Virus record (IMG/VR): IMGVR_UViG_2693429779_000010
Reading direction: 5' to 3' (one strand)
DNA from: a virus
Taxonomy: Duplodnaviria > Heunggongvirae > Uroviricota > Caudoviricetes
Length of the DNA: 46,997 bases
Within the stretch, counting starts at the first letter, position 1, and each line of letters begins with the position of its first letter. A model generated the notes under the pieces. That model was given only the letters and a program-made list of their open reading frames with translations, was not told the DNA's origin and did no database searches. A program made the translations under genes and the position numbers. Shown here piece by piece: positions 18,192 through 27,083 of this stretch.

Positions 18192-20765
18192 CTCTGACCA
18201 GTCAGCTTCAAAGCCATAACCATCACGCGCTGAACGATAAAAAATACCGCCGTTCCTGTAATTCACGCGGAACTGTACAGCAGGGCAGCTCCCCGTATTC
18301 ATATTGAAGTGGAGGATTAATGTCGATGCGCCACCAATGTTTGCGTTATAGACCCCGCTATTCCAGTTCCAGCCAACAGCTTTATCATTTCCGACAGTGC
18401 TTCCTGTTTGCCCTAAAGCAAATGCAGGTTGTTGATTTTTCGTGTTGTAGTCTCGTCGCCAGCCAGGAGCGTAAGCATCACCATGATTAATATAAGTGAA
18501 TTGAGCGTTAGTAATTCCGCCACCGCTGGACGTGCTCGGCGTGGTAACGCGTATGGTCATTGCGCCGCGAGTGCCAATAACTTCCACCACAGCACCTGCA
18601 AGACAAATATTTCCGCAACCTGTATCTGTAATGACCTTATTATTTGCATAAGCCCATGAGCCTTTGCACATCCAGTAAGGATGGTTAAATGCTCCCTGAC
18701 TCTCCAGCCACGAAATAAATTGCGCGGTTGTCCAGACCTGACTATCGCCACCAATATTCAGCCATGAGCTATATGCGCGGCAGGCACCAATATTTTTGGT
18801 GAAGGTATCTTTCCCCGGAATATCTGCGCCGTTCTGGTTTTTCTGTAATGCGCCAGAAGCCTGATTTACCGTTTCCTGTAAACCGAGGTATTCGATAACG
18901 GCGGCAACGGTCGATTTCGCAAGAATATCCCGCCCGACTTTTGTCAGGGTTGCCAGGCTGGCGACATCATTCCCCGTAAAATACGGAAACTTGCCTGCCG
19001 CAGTAGTAAGTCCGGCCAGCGCCGTCAGGGTGGCATCTTTCGGTTGCTTACCCGCAAGCGCGTTAGTCATGGTGGTCGCAAAATTCGGGTCGTTGCCCAG
19101 CGCCGCAGCCAGCTCGTTCAGCGTGTTCAGTGCATCAGGTGACGAATCTACAAGGGCGGCAATCGCAGCCATAACGAAAGCCGTGCTTGCGATTTGGGTA
19201 TTATTCGTTCCCTGTCGCGCAGTTGGTGTTGTTGGCGTTCCGGTCAGTGCAGGACTATTTAAGGGCGCTTTCTTGTTCGTTTCACCCATTACCGCCTTAA
19301 CCGCTTTTGGCGTTGCCGCCAGTGACTCGGAAGTGCTGTTGGTCGCACTGCTGAGCTGTACTATCCCCTTTTTCGTCGTGCTCGCATCCTCCAGCGCCAC
19401 GGCGGATGCAATATCCTCTGCCCGTTTTGCTGCTGTCTCGGCGCGCGTTGCCGCGGATTCAGCAGCAACTTTGCTCTGAGATGCAGCCGTCGCACTGCCT
19501 GCCGCCTCTGATGCTTTCGTTGTTGCTGTCGTGGCACTACCTTTCGCTGCTGACGCTTGTCTGGTCGCCTCATCTTTTGAAGCAGACGCAGATGATGCCG
19601 ATGACGCCGCTGAACTGGCTGACGATGCGGCTGCTGCCTTAGAGGAAGCAGCATTGTCTGCTGAAGTCTTTGCATTTGTTTCAGAGGTTTTTGCTGCAGA
19701 AGCAGACCTCGCTGCTGCAGTGGCTTGCTCAGTGGCTTTGCCAGCCTTCGTTGTGGCTGTTGAAGCGGATGATGCGGCGCTTTCTGCCGATTTTCCGGCG
19801 GCGGTGGCACTGGCTGAGGCCTGCCCGGCACTTGTTGACGCGGCGCTGGCAGACGACGCAGCCGCTGTTTTTGAGCCTGCCGCAGCTGAGGCACTCTGTC
19901 CCGCTGCCGTTTCAGAAGACCTGGCGTTCGTCTCGGACGTTTTGGCCGCCTTCGCAGAATTTGCAGCCGCCGTCGCCGAGGAAGCTGCGCTACTGGCGCT
20001 TGATGATGCGTTCGTTTCTGATGATTTTGCCGCCTCTTTTGAAGCCGACGCATCCCGGGCTGAGGTGGCAGCTTCTGACGCTTTCGTGGTCGCGGTGGAT
20101 GCAGAAGTGGCTGCTGATTGTTGTGACGCTGCCGCATTCGTTTCTAACGTTTTCGCCGCACCGGCACTGGTAGCCGCCGCGCTTTTTGAGGACTCTGCAG
20201 CGGCAGCACTTTTTGAGGCTTCAGTGGCCTTTGTTGATGCCGTTCCTGCGCTGGAAGACGCTGACTGAGCCGACGAAGCGGCCTGTCCGGCTGACGTGCT
20301 GGCTGCACGTGCTGAATCTGCAGCATCAGTCGCATGGGTTGCCGCCTCACGGGCTGATGTGCTGGCATCGCTGGCTGATTTCTTCGCGGCTGCCGTGTTC
20401 TGTGCCACCGCGGACGCGTTACGCGCCACCTCTTCCACCATCAGCTCAAAACGGCGCAGTGCCTCCGGACGGGCATCATCCTCCGTCATGGCACCGAGAA
20501 AATCATTCAGCGTACCGGGTCGGGAATCTTCATACACGGTGATGGTCCCGGCATGTGACGGCGGGAATCCTTCCACCAACAGAATAACGCTGTACTGACC
20601 GTACTCAACGTCCATGCTGTAACGCCCGGCTTCATCCGGATTTTCTGAGGCCAGCGTGTTCACCACCACCGTGGTGCTGTTACGTTTTGCTTTCAGCTGG
20701 ATTGTGCAGTTCTGTACCGGTTTTCCTGTGCCGTCTTTCAGTACACCTGAAATCTTTACTGCCAT
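18192..20765 (-). CDS. stf: Lambda Stf-like side tail fibre (N-terminal anchor, Ala/Ser/Thr-rich shaft, constant region, 5' part of variable domain B); 3' end interrupted by IS600 copy 3
   Basis: MAVKISGVLKDGTGKPVQNCTIQLKAKRNSTTVVVNT...GRYSMDVEYGQYSVIL... matches recalled lambda Stf N-terminus; ORF ends ...GFEADWSE at the IS600 terminal TGA. ATG at 20763-20765. Confidence 0.85.
18873..18898 (-). other. pix-type crossover site inside stf at the constant/variable boundary (inverted relative to sites 1 and 2)
   Basis: TTCCTGTAAACC-GA-GGTATTCGATAA; 2 mismatches to the reverse complement of pix-1, with complementary GA/TC core; encodes ...VIEYLGLQE. Confidence 0.75.
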
Positions 20766-20828
20766 ATTCACCCCACAAAAAAGCCCGCCTGAACCGGCGG
20801 GCTGTCATAACACTGTGTTACCTGGCTA

Positions 20829-21190
20829 ATCAGAATTTATAACCGACACCCACGATGAAACCGTCAGTGCGCCAGAGACGTGTTGCTGTGGCGACCGTCA
20901 TCACTTCCGGTCAGCACATCGTGCGTTTTCCCCTTATTGTCAGTTACGCGGATATAATCCCCGGAAAAAGTCGACACACGGCTGTAAGCCACACCCGCCA
21001 TCGCATACGCGCTGAACCATTCATTCACGCGCACAGACGGCCCCGCCATCACGCTGAACCAGCGGTTACGCACGGAATCTTCATGCCAGCGGGTATCGCT
21101 GTAACGGGTCAGCTGGCGATTCTTGTCTCCTGCATAGCTGAATGACGTCACCAGCCCCAGCGTATCCGTAAACTCATAACGGTATTTCAC
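20829..21190 (-). pseudogene. lom: lom-like (Ail/Lom/OmpX family) outer-membrane protein gene remnant: 5' truncated, internal deletion and frame break
   Basis: ...INVKYRYEFTDTLGLV...VMAGP...AYAMAGVA... parallels recalled lambda Lom; the final ...WRTDGFIVGVGYKF* (ending 20829) is in a different frame from the 108-aa ORF. Confidence 0.75.
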
Positions 21191-21201
21191 GTTAATCCCG
21201 T

Positions 21202-22077
21202 TCAGATAGTGGCATCTTTCGGTTGCTTACCCGCAAGCGCGTTAGTCATGGTGGTCGCAAAATTCGGGTCGTTGCCCAGCGCCGCCGCCAGCTCGTTCAG
21301 TGTGTTCAGTGCATCAGGCGAAGAGTCTACAAGTGCGGCAATCGCAGCCATAACGAAAGCCGTGCTTGCGATTTGGGTATTATTCGTTCCCTGTCGCGCA
21401 GTTGGTGTTGTTGGCGTTCCGGTCAGTGCCGGGCTGTTTAATGGGGCTTTCTTGTTCGTTTCATCCATTACTGCCTTAACGGCTTTTGGTGTCGCTGCCA
21501 GCGTTTCAGACGTGCTGTTGGTGGCGTTGCTGAGCTGGACAAGGCCTTTTGCGGTCAGCGAGGCGTCCGGGTGACGTCGTGACTGTTCATGCTCTTTCAG
21601 TTTGTCATCCACGTAATTCACTGTGGCCATCACCATGGTGTTATCCACGGTAAGCGCCACAGTGGCAGTGCTGGATACGGTCAGAATGGTGCGAAATGTT
21701 TGTGCACGTCCGGATCCTTCGGCAACGGTTGGCTTGTAACTTTCGGCAGTATTGCCTACCGCGATCAAATCGCCGTGCTCATCAAACACACCAATTTCCC
21801 GGATCCAGAATCCGCCCGTTTCAGGAGGAATAACCAGCTCCGCAATAATGTGGTTCTGATGTGTTGCGTCCAGGGTGACGCGATTAACGGTATGTCGCCA
21901 CACCTCATGCACAAGACGGGTCTGCTTACTGTCTGGCGTGGGTAAAGTACCGCCGCCGTCACCCACGGCCATATGTGTCAGGCGGACAGGTTTCCCATCT
22001 GGCGCGGTTGCCTGCGCTAATTTTTTTGCACCCGTATCGGTGATAATGGTTTTAAATTTTCGTGTTGTGGTACTCAT
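21202..22077 (-). pseudogene. H: P2 gpH-type tail fibre N-terminal portion (291 aa), truncated at the junction with the lom'/stf block
   Basis: MSTTTRKFKTIITDTGAKKLAQATAP...HEVWRH...IIAELVIPPE... resembles recalled P2 H N-terminus; ends ...AGKQPKDATI* at 21202, far short of a full H. Confidence 0.8.
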
Positions 22078-22079
22078 GC

Positions 22080-22610
22080 TTAATCGTCCGGATAAATGGT
22101 AATGACTTCACCGTCGTAAGTTGCTGCTGCCGCGAAAATATCTCCCTGAATCTCCTGAATGATATTCAGCCCTGTCATGTGGCGGCTGACCGGGCGGGCA
22201 TCAGCAATCAACCGCTCCATTTCCAGATACATTTCCTCCGTCACGCCACTGTCCAGCGTGCCAACATCAATCTTGAATGTTCCGGGTTCGCCGTTGAACT
22301 CCCACCACTCAGACACGCGAATGAGGTATCCCAGCGGCTCAATGGCCCGTCGCAGGGCGCTGATGGTTCCTTTGTGTCGGTGTATCAGCCATGCATCACG
22401 AATCACCTGTCGCTTTGTCTCTTCCGGCCAGTTGCGATCCCAGCGGTCAACGGAAAACGCCCAGGCGAGATAAGGCAGCAGATGCACCGGGCAGGTGTCC
22501 GGCGACCACAGCGTGTTGAGGTCTGCCGGAATGTCTGTAATGCGTGTTCCGACGGCTTCGGCACAACGCATGAAATTGCTGGCTGATGGTGGTAACAGTG
22601 AATTACTCAT
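22080..22610 (-). CDS. I: Baseplate protein I (P2 gpI homolog)
   Basis: Track ORF 22080-22643; internal ATG at 22608-22610 (MSNSLLPP...) gives ~176 aa and removes overlap with J. Confidence 0.8.
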   Translation of the reverse strand: MSNSLLPPSASNFMRCAEAVGTRITDIPADLNTLWSPDTCPVHLLPYLAWAFSVDRWDRNWPEETKRQVIRDAWLIHRHKGTISALRRAIEPLGYLIRVSEWWEFNGEPGTFKIDVGTLDSGVTEEMYLEMERLIADARPVSRHMTGLNIIQEIQGDIFAAAATYDGEVITIYPDD

Positions 22611-23499
22611 TACGCCCACCTTCGCTGATGGTGAATGACTCACAGCGCGCCGCCTGTATGTCGCTGATGGCCATATTCTGTGTGGGTTCGATTATCTCCA
22701 CGCGTTGCACACCGTGCACATGCAGTGCGGCAGCAATGGCGGACAACGCCACGTCCTGACCGATAAGCCCCTGCTCAGCCAGCCACTTCCTGAACGACGA
22801 TTCAGCCGCAGCCAGAATAGGTTCGGATTCCGGACCGGGGTAAAAGTACAGTTTTGCATTCAGCCGCCATGTCACGATTCTGGCACTCTGTACGGTCAGG
22901 CGGTCGGCCACCGGGCGGGTATCCTCTGCATTCAGAACGGCGCGAACGGTATTAAGCAACGCCTCCGTTGCTGTGCCGTCGCCCTCAGTGGACAGGATGG
23001 AAACCGTCACATTTGCCGGAGACGGACTGATGGCCCGCGCATCGCGCACCAGACCGCTGGCGCTGCGGGCAAAATACTCGTATGCGCCTGACGGGCCTGC
23101 AACACTCAGGCCGTCATACGCCCGCTGCGCCCGCAGTCTCAGCGAGGTGTCGTTCTCCATCACCACGTCGGTGGTATCCGTTGCCGGAGTGATAACCAGG
23201 CGCTTTGTGTTCATATTGCCCGCGAGGTTGTCCAGGTCTGTTCCGGCGCTGTGGCTCAACATGCAGGCGCGTGCGGCCTCATTGACCCGCTGGCGTAACA
23301 GCATTTCACGAAACGACATGGTTTGAGCGATAACGTTCAGGGGTTCCGATTCCAGTTCCAGTGCGGCGGAGACGACTTCACGCTGTTCGGCGGGATAAGC
23401 TGCAATCATCATGGCCTTTGTGTCAGCCAGAATTGCCTCAAAGTCAGGCTCCGCGATGATGGCGGGTTCCGGTAACTGGGAAAGGTCAACGGCAGGCAT
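22603..23499 (-). CDS. J: Baseplate assembly protein J (P2 gpJ homolog)
   Basis: 298 aa; position and size match P2 J. Confidence 0.8.
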   Translation of the reverse strand: MPAVDLSQLPEPAIIAEPDFEAILADTKAMMIAAYPAEQREVVSAALELESEPLNVIAQTMSFREMLLRQRVNEAARACMLSHSAGTDLDNLAGNMNTKRLVITPATDTTDVVMENDTSLRLRAQRAYDGLSVAGPSGAYEYFARSASGLVRDARAISPSPANVTVSILSTEGDGTATEALLNTVRAVLNAEDTRPVADRLTVQSARIVTWRLNAKLYFYPGPESEPILAAAESSFRKWLAEQGLIGQDVALSAIAAALHVHGVQRVEIIEPTQNMAISDIQAARCESFTISEGGRNE

Positions 23500-23502
23500 G
23501 AT

Positions 23503-23853
23503 TTACTCCCTCAGCGTGATGGTTAATTCAACATTCTGCATGGTCTGCATGACAGTGCCCGACAGCGTCACCCCGGCGTGGCCTCCTGCCTTCCAGACAA
23601 CGTCGATGGCGTTCAGGGCAATGCGTGGTTCCCATCGTGTCAGTGCAATCACGGTAGCACTCATGCATTGCAGACGCGTGGTGTTATTCATGGGTTCGTC
23701 AATCAAATCAGGCACAAGGCTGCCATATTCCCGTCGCATAACCCGGCTTGCCAGCGGGGTGGTCAGGATGTCCCTGACTGACTGTTTCAGGTGCGCCATA
23801 TCGTTCAGGTTTCCCGTCCCGTCCGGGTTCATTCCTGTGTAGCGGGTTGTCAC
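23503..23853 (-). CDS. W: Baseplate wedge protein W (gp25-like)
   Basis: 116 aa, position between V and J. Confidence 0.8.
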   Translation of the reverse strand: MTTRYTGMNPDGTGNLNDMAHLKQSVRDILTTPLASRVMRREYGSLVPDLIDEPMNNTTRLQCMSATVIALTRWEPRIALNAIDVVWKAGGHAGVTLSGTVMQTMQNVELTITLRE

Positions 23854-24431
23854 TGCGGGCCTCCTGTCGAATCGCTGCCACCTTTAACGCCACCGTGCTT
23901 ATGCGTATGCACTGTGATGCCGTTTGAGGTGAAATCGCCGCCGCTGTGCGTGATATTGCCGCTCATCGTTCCCCCTTTTGTGACGTCAAGCGTCGCTGTT
24001 CTCAGAAGGTCTGTGCATTCCACGACAGGCGTGTTCAGTGTCACGCTGATGGATGCCTGCAAAGTGGCCGTTTTCATGCCGCTTGCGCTCAGTGCGCCTG
24101 CGTCCGCGTCGTAGCGGAACACCGCGCCGTCCGGCGCGCTGACCACGATTTCTTTCAGGCTTTTGCCGGGTGCCGGAATGGCATCACTCCACAGGCTGCC
24201 GATTATCATGGCGGTTTCCGGGTTGCCGCCGATGCAGGCAATTGCCACCTGTTCGCCTGGTGATGGCGGAAACCACACGTTGAAGTCTCCCGCGCGCGTG
24301 GTGTTCCAGCGCAGCCAGCCTGTTTCCAGTTCGCCGCTGCGAACGCGCACGCACCAGGATTCCTCATCAACTTCAGAGATGATCCCGGTGCGGATGATAT
24401 TGCTCAGCAGTCGCATGAGTTCTGCGCTCAT
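23850..24431 (-). CDS. V: Baseplate spike protein V
   Basis: 193 aa; His-rich C-terminal tip (HTHKHGG), position before W. Confidence 0.75.
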   Translation of the reverse strand: MSAELMRLLSNIIRTGIISEVDEESWCVRVRSGELETGWLRWNTTRAGDFNVWFPPSPGEQVAIACIGGNPETAMIIGSLWSDAIPAPGKSLKEIVVSAPDGAVFRYDADAGALSASGMKTATLQASISVTLNTPVVECTDLLRTATLDVTKGGTMSGNITHSGGDFTSNGITVHTHKHGGVKGGSDSTGGPQ

Positions 24432-25063
24432 CGTACAGCCTCCGCAATCCGGCCCAGCACCGTGTTATAAATCAGGCGCTCATCTGCCTGGCTGATACCC
24501 AGCAGCTCACGTACCGGGTAATCGGTGAAAATGCCCGGCGCAACCTGATCGCGCTCACCGAACTGATGAACGCGTGCAATACGTGCGGCCACGCCGCTGT
24601 AACCCACCGTCACACCGGAAGCATCTGCACGGGCTTTCAGGTAGCGGGCGGTGCGCAGTTTTACGAACATGGAGACGCGCCTGGTGCTGTCCTGGTTGAT
24701 GCGCCGGGTGCGTATTTCCAGAAAACGGTCGATGTCATCCCGGTAAAACGTGCGGATATTGTTTTTATCCTCATCCCACCCGGTGATGGTTCGCCCGTAT
24801 TTCCCCGTGTCGTGATGCCAGTTTTTCAGCGTGCGTGCTTCGTTATTCCAGATAAAGCGAATGCGCTCCTGTATCCGGGTTACGCGGCGTCTGCGTGGTG
24901 TCCATGCGGTCCCGTCCGGCGCTTTCTGTGACCGGATACGCGCCTGCTGGGCGCGGCGTAAATCCTGTGCCAGCTTTCTGGCGATGTTATTAATGGCCTG
25001 CTGATTCAGGCTGTCGCGGATAGCCTCAAAGGTTTCATCCACGCGGGTGAATGCCTTATCCAT
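24428..25063 (-). CDS. S: Tail completion / virion morphogenesis protein (gpS position)
   Basis: 211-aa ORF between R-like gene and V; assignment by synteny. Confidence 0.55.
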   Translation of the reverse strand: MDKAFTRVDETFEAIRDSLNQQAINNIARKLAQDLRRAQQARIRSQKAPDGTAWTPRRRRVTRIQERIRFIWNNEARTLKNWHHDTGKYGRTITGWDEDKNNIRTFYRDDIDRFLEIRTRRINQDSTRRVSMFVKLRTARYLKARADASGVTVGYSGVAARIARVHQFGERDQVAPGIFTDYPVRELLGISQADERLIYNTVLGRIAEAVR

Positions 25064-25523
25064 CGCTTTCCCCCCACGTCACATCCTGGAATACATGCGA
25101 CCAGTCGCCTTCGGAAGAGGGCAGGCGGGGTTTTGGCTCCGGCAGGTGTTCTGCCTGCGGTGTGCCCTGACTGCTGCGCGTGATGCGAACGCGTTCCCGC
25201 AGGGGGAGCGTAAACAGGAGATCGGCGCTGTCATCGTCATTGATAACGGCGGAAAATTTGATGTCCTGATTACGCTCCGGATTGAGCAACAACTGTGGCT
25301 GATTTTCGGATAACCACGCCAGCAGCGGCAGCGTGAGGTCGTCCAGCTCTCCGGCGTAATCCATGACAAACATCACTATCTGATAGCGGTAAACAAACGA
25401 TGGGGTTTCTCCGGTCGTTTCAATGTTGCCGCTCTCCACGAAAATGGTGAATTTTTCCGGGTTGGCATGACACCACCGGCATGAACGGGTCATGGCTTCA
25501 CGCAGGGAATCAGTTTTCAGCAT
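25056..25523 (-). CDS. R: Tail completion protein (gpR position)
   Basis: 155-aa ORF directly after the lysis genes; size matches P2 R. Confidence 0.6.
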   Translation of the reverse strand: MLKTDSLREAMTRSCRWCHANPEKFTIFVESGNIETTGETPSFVYRYQIVMFVMDYAGELDDLTLPLLAWLSENQPQLLLNPERNQDIKFSAVINDDDSADLLFTLPLRERVRITRSSQGTPQAEHLPEPKPRLPSSEGDWSHVFQDVTWGESDG

Positions 25524-25800
25524 GGTTGTTGTCCTCGTTGTTCAGTCGTTGCAGCCTGCGCTGTTCCAGTAATTCAATGGCCCGCTTATCGGCGTTACAG
25601 GTTTCCAGTGCGTCCATGAGGCTGTCGCTCCATATCCCGATGTTTCCCCATGATGGCGTCACCGGAAACGGCGGGGGAAGTACGGGGGCGGTCAGCCCTT
25701 CCGGGATGAAACGGAACGACGGCGGCGGCGCGGACGCGTTCTGCGTGCTGGTGCAACCGCTCAGTAAAGCGAGCGTCAGGAACAGCGCGGGCACATGCAT
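25510..25800 (-). CDS. o-spanin (outer-membrane lipoprotein, LysC/Rz1-like)
   Basis: Internal start MHVPALFLTLALLSGC... gives signal peptide plus lipobox LSGC and a Pro-rich body; overlaps the 3' end of the i-spanin gene in another frame. Confidence 0.6.
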   Translation of the reverse strand: MHVPALFLTLALLSGCTSTQNASAPPPSFRFIPEGLTAPVLPPPFPVTPSWGNIGIWSDSLMDALETCNADKRAIELLEQRRLQRLNNEDNNHAEN

Positions 25801-26068
25801 CTGTCGTGATATCGTTGCGTAGCTGTTCACGTCGGATTTCCCCTTCCTGTTGTCGGTTCTGGCGCGCTGTCATGACGTCACGCAGTACACCGGATGCGGT
25901 GCTGATGATGGTGCCGGCCTCTTTCAGGGTCCGGCTGTAATCGTCCAGTTGCGCCTGTGTATAACGGTTGTGTCCGTCTTCCTGCCCCAGTCTGAATGTC
26001 TGCCAGAGTGTTATGGTCAGCAGCGTGAGGACGGTCAGTGCCATCATCAGGATGTAACGCACTTTCAT
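25595..26068 (-). CDS. i-spanin (LysB/Rz-like) with N-terminal transmembrane anchor
   Basis: MKVRYILMMALTVLTLLTITLW... followed by charged coiled-coil region; located after the endolysin; exact 3' end uncertain. Confidence 0.55.
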   Translation of the reverse strand: MKVRYILMMALTVLTLLTITLWQTFRLGQEDGHNRYTQAQLDDYSRTLKEAGTIISTASGVLRDVMTARQNRQQEGEIRREQLRNDITTDACARAVPDARFTERLHQHAERVRAAAVVPFHPGRADRPRTSPAVSGDAIMGKHRDMERQPHGRTGNL

Positions 26069-26153
26069 GACTGGCCTCCGGTGTCACGTAAGCACCATGC
26101 ACGAAAATCAGTACGACGGTTAACCAGTCCCTGTGAGCGTTCGCCGCCGCTGT

Positions 26154-26609
26154 TCACGAAGTCAGTCTGTTGCACATGTCAGGCCAGTTGTGCGCCTGTG
26201 CATGTTTCCAGATAGTGGTGCGGTGGTAGTTACGGTTCTTATCCCTGAACCACATAAGATTTCTGCATCCAAGATTAAAGGCGGCATCTGTCATTGCCTC
26301 AAACGCGGACTGTGGCATGGCGTTGCCGCTGAAGTTCTGATTTATGCAGTTTTCTGCATGTTGCATATCATTAACCCAGCGCCCGGCGACTTCCGTTTCG
26401 GTGTACAGACGATTTTCCACATGCCCGGTCGAGCCGCACCCCACGGTCATTACCCCGGCAATATCCCGGTAAGGCGTTGCGCGACAGTCCTCCCATGTGG
26501 CAATGCGGATTTGCGCTTCCGGGCTGGTCCGGAGTTTGTGAGGGGCAATGGAGAACCCCAGCGCCACAATGGCGGCTACGGCGTAACGTTTAACGGGCAG
26601 CTTTATCAT
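26154..26609 (-). CDS. K: Endolysin, T4-lysozyme-like (GH24) with N-terminal signal-anchor (SAR-type)
   Basis: EDCRATPYRDIAGVMTVGCGSTGHV resembles the catalytic region of recalled P21-R-type endolysins; weakly hydrophobic N-terminus AVAAIVALGFSIA. Confidence 0.75.
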   Translation of the reverse strand: MIKLPVKRYAVAAIVALGFSIAPHKLRTSPEAQIRIATWEDCRATPYRDIAGVMTVGCGSTGHVENRLYTETEVAGRWVNDMQHAENCINQNFSGNAMPQSAFEAMTDAAFNLGCRNLMWFRDKNRNYHRTTIWKHAQAHNWPDMCNRLTS

Positions 26610-26892
26610 GTGTATCGTTATCCCGCAGAATGTTCAGAGCCTGACGCTCACTGTCGTGAAGTGGCCGTGCGTCTGACTGCGCCAGGATACTGGCGATGAG
26701 TTCATTGCGACGCTGCATGGCGGTTTCCATCAGGCGGCGATGTCGCCAGGCATGTAATGCAGACAGAGAACCGAGTAACAACCCGGCAAGGGCGATTTTT
26801 TCACTGATGGTCATCACGCCTATTGTGGTGGCTGTGACTGATGCCCAGAAGGTGATCCAGTCACTCACCCGCAGAAAAAAACCTGTTACCAT
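26590..26892 (-). CDS. Y: Holin (gpY position)
   Basis: Internal ATG at 26890-26892; ~100 aa with hydrophobic segments (FWASVTATTIGVMTI; ALAGLLLGSLSALHAW) and charged C-terminus; overlaps endolysin start. Confidence 0.6.
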   Translation of the reverse strand: MVTGFFLRVSDWITFWASVTATTIGVMTISEKIALAGLLLGSLSALHAWRHRRLMETAMQRRNELIASILAQSDARPLHDSERQALNILRDNDTHDKAAR

Positions 26893-27083
26893 AGCTGTAT
26901 CATCTCTCGTTGTTTTTTCTTCTCCGGCTCCGGCATTTCCACCTCCTGTCCGGCTTCCAGAAATACCTGTCGGCAGAGTCCGGGGTTGGCATCCAGCACC
27001 TTTTCGGTGACGCCCTGCGTCGTGCCGTAGTACCGGAAACAGAGCGAATCCACGGTGTCGCCTTCCAGTGTCTTCACTTTCAT
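26886..27083 (-). CDS. X: Tail protein X (LysM-like; P2 gpX homolog)
   Basis: MKVKTLEGDTVDSLCFRYYG...VLDANPGL... resembles recalled P2 X; ATGA overlap with L stop. Confidence 0.75.
   Translation of the reverse strand: MKVKTLEGDTVDSLCFRYYGTTQGVTEKVLDANPGLCRQVFLEAGQEVEMPEPEKKKQREMIQLW

Noticed and set aside
9850-18192. Repeated blocks that could suggest a CRISPR-like array
   Set aside because: Repeats are kilobase-scale IS600 copies and duplicated fibre/tfa cassettes, not short regular repeat-spacer units.
18991-20598. Several long ORFs on both strands inside the stf gene (e.g. 19531-20268 plus, 19361-20137 minus, Arg/Gln-rich or Ala/Asp-rich)
   Set aside because: They are alternative-frame or antisense readings of the Ala/Ser/Thr-rich stf shaft repeats, which keep frames open; no independent start signals.
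25878-26102. 74-aa His/Pro-rich ORF between endolysin and spanin genes
   Set aside because: Overlaps the i-spanin start region; odd composition and no RBS; likely spurious.
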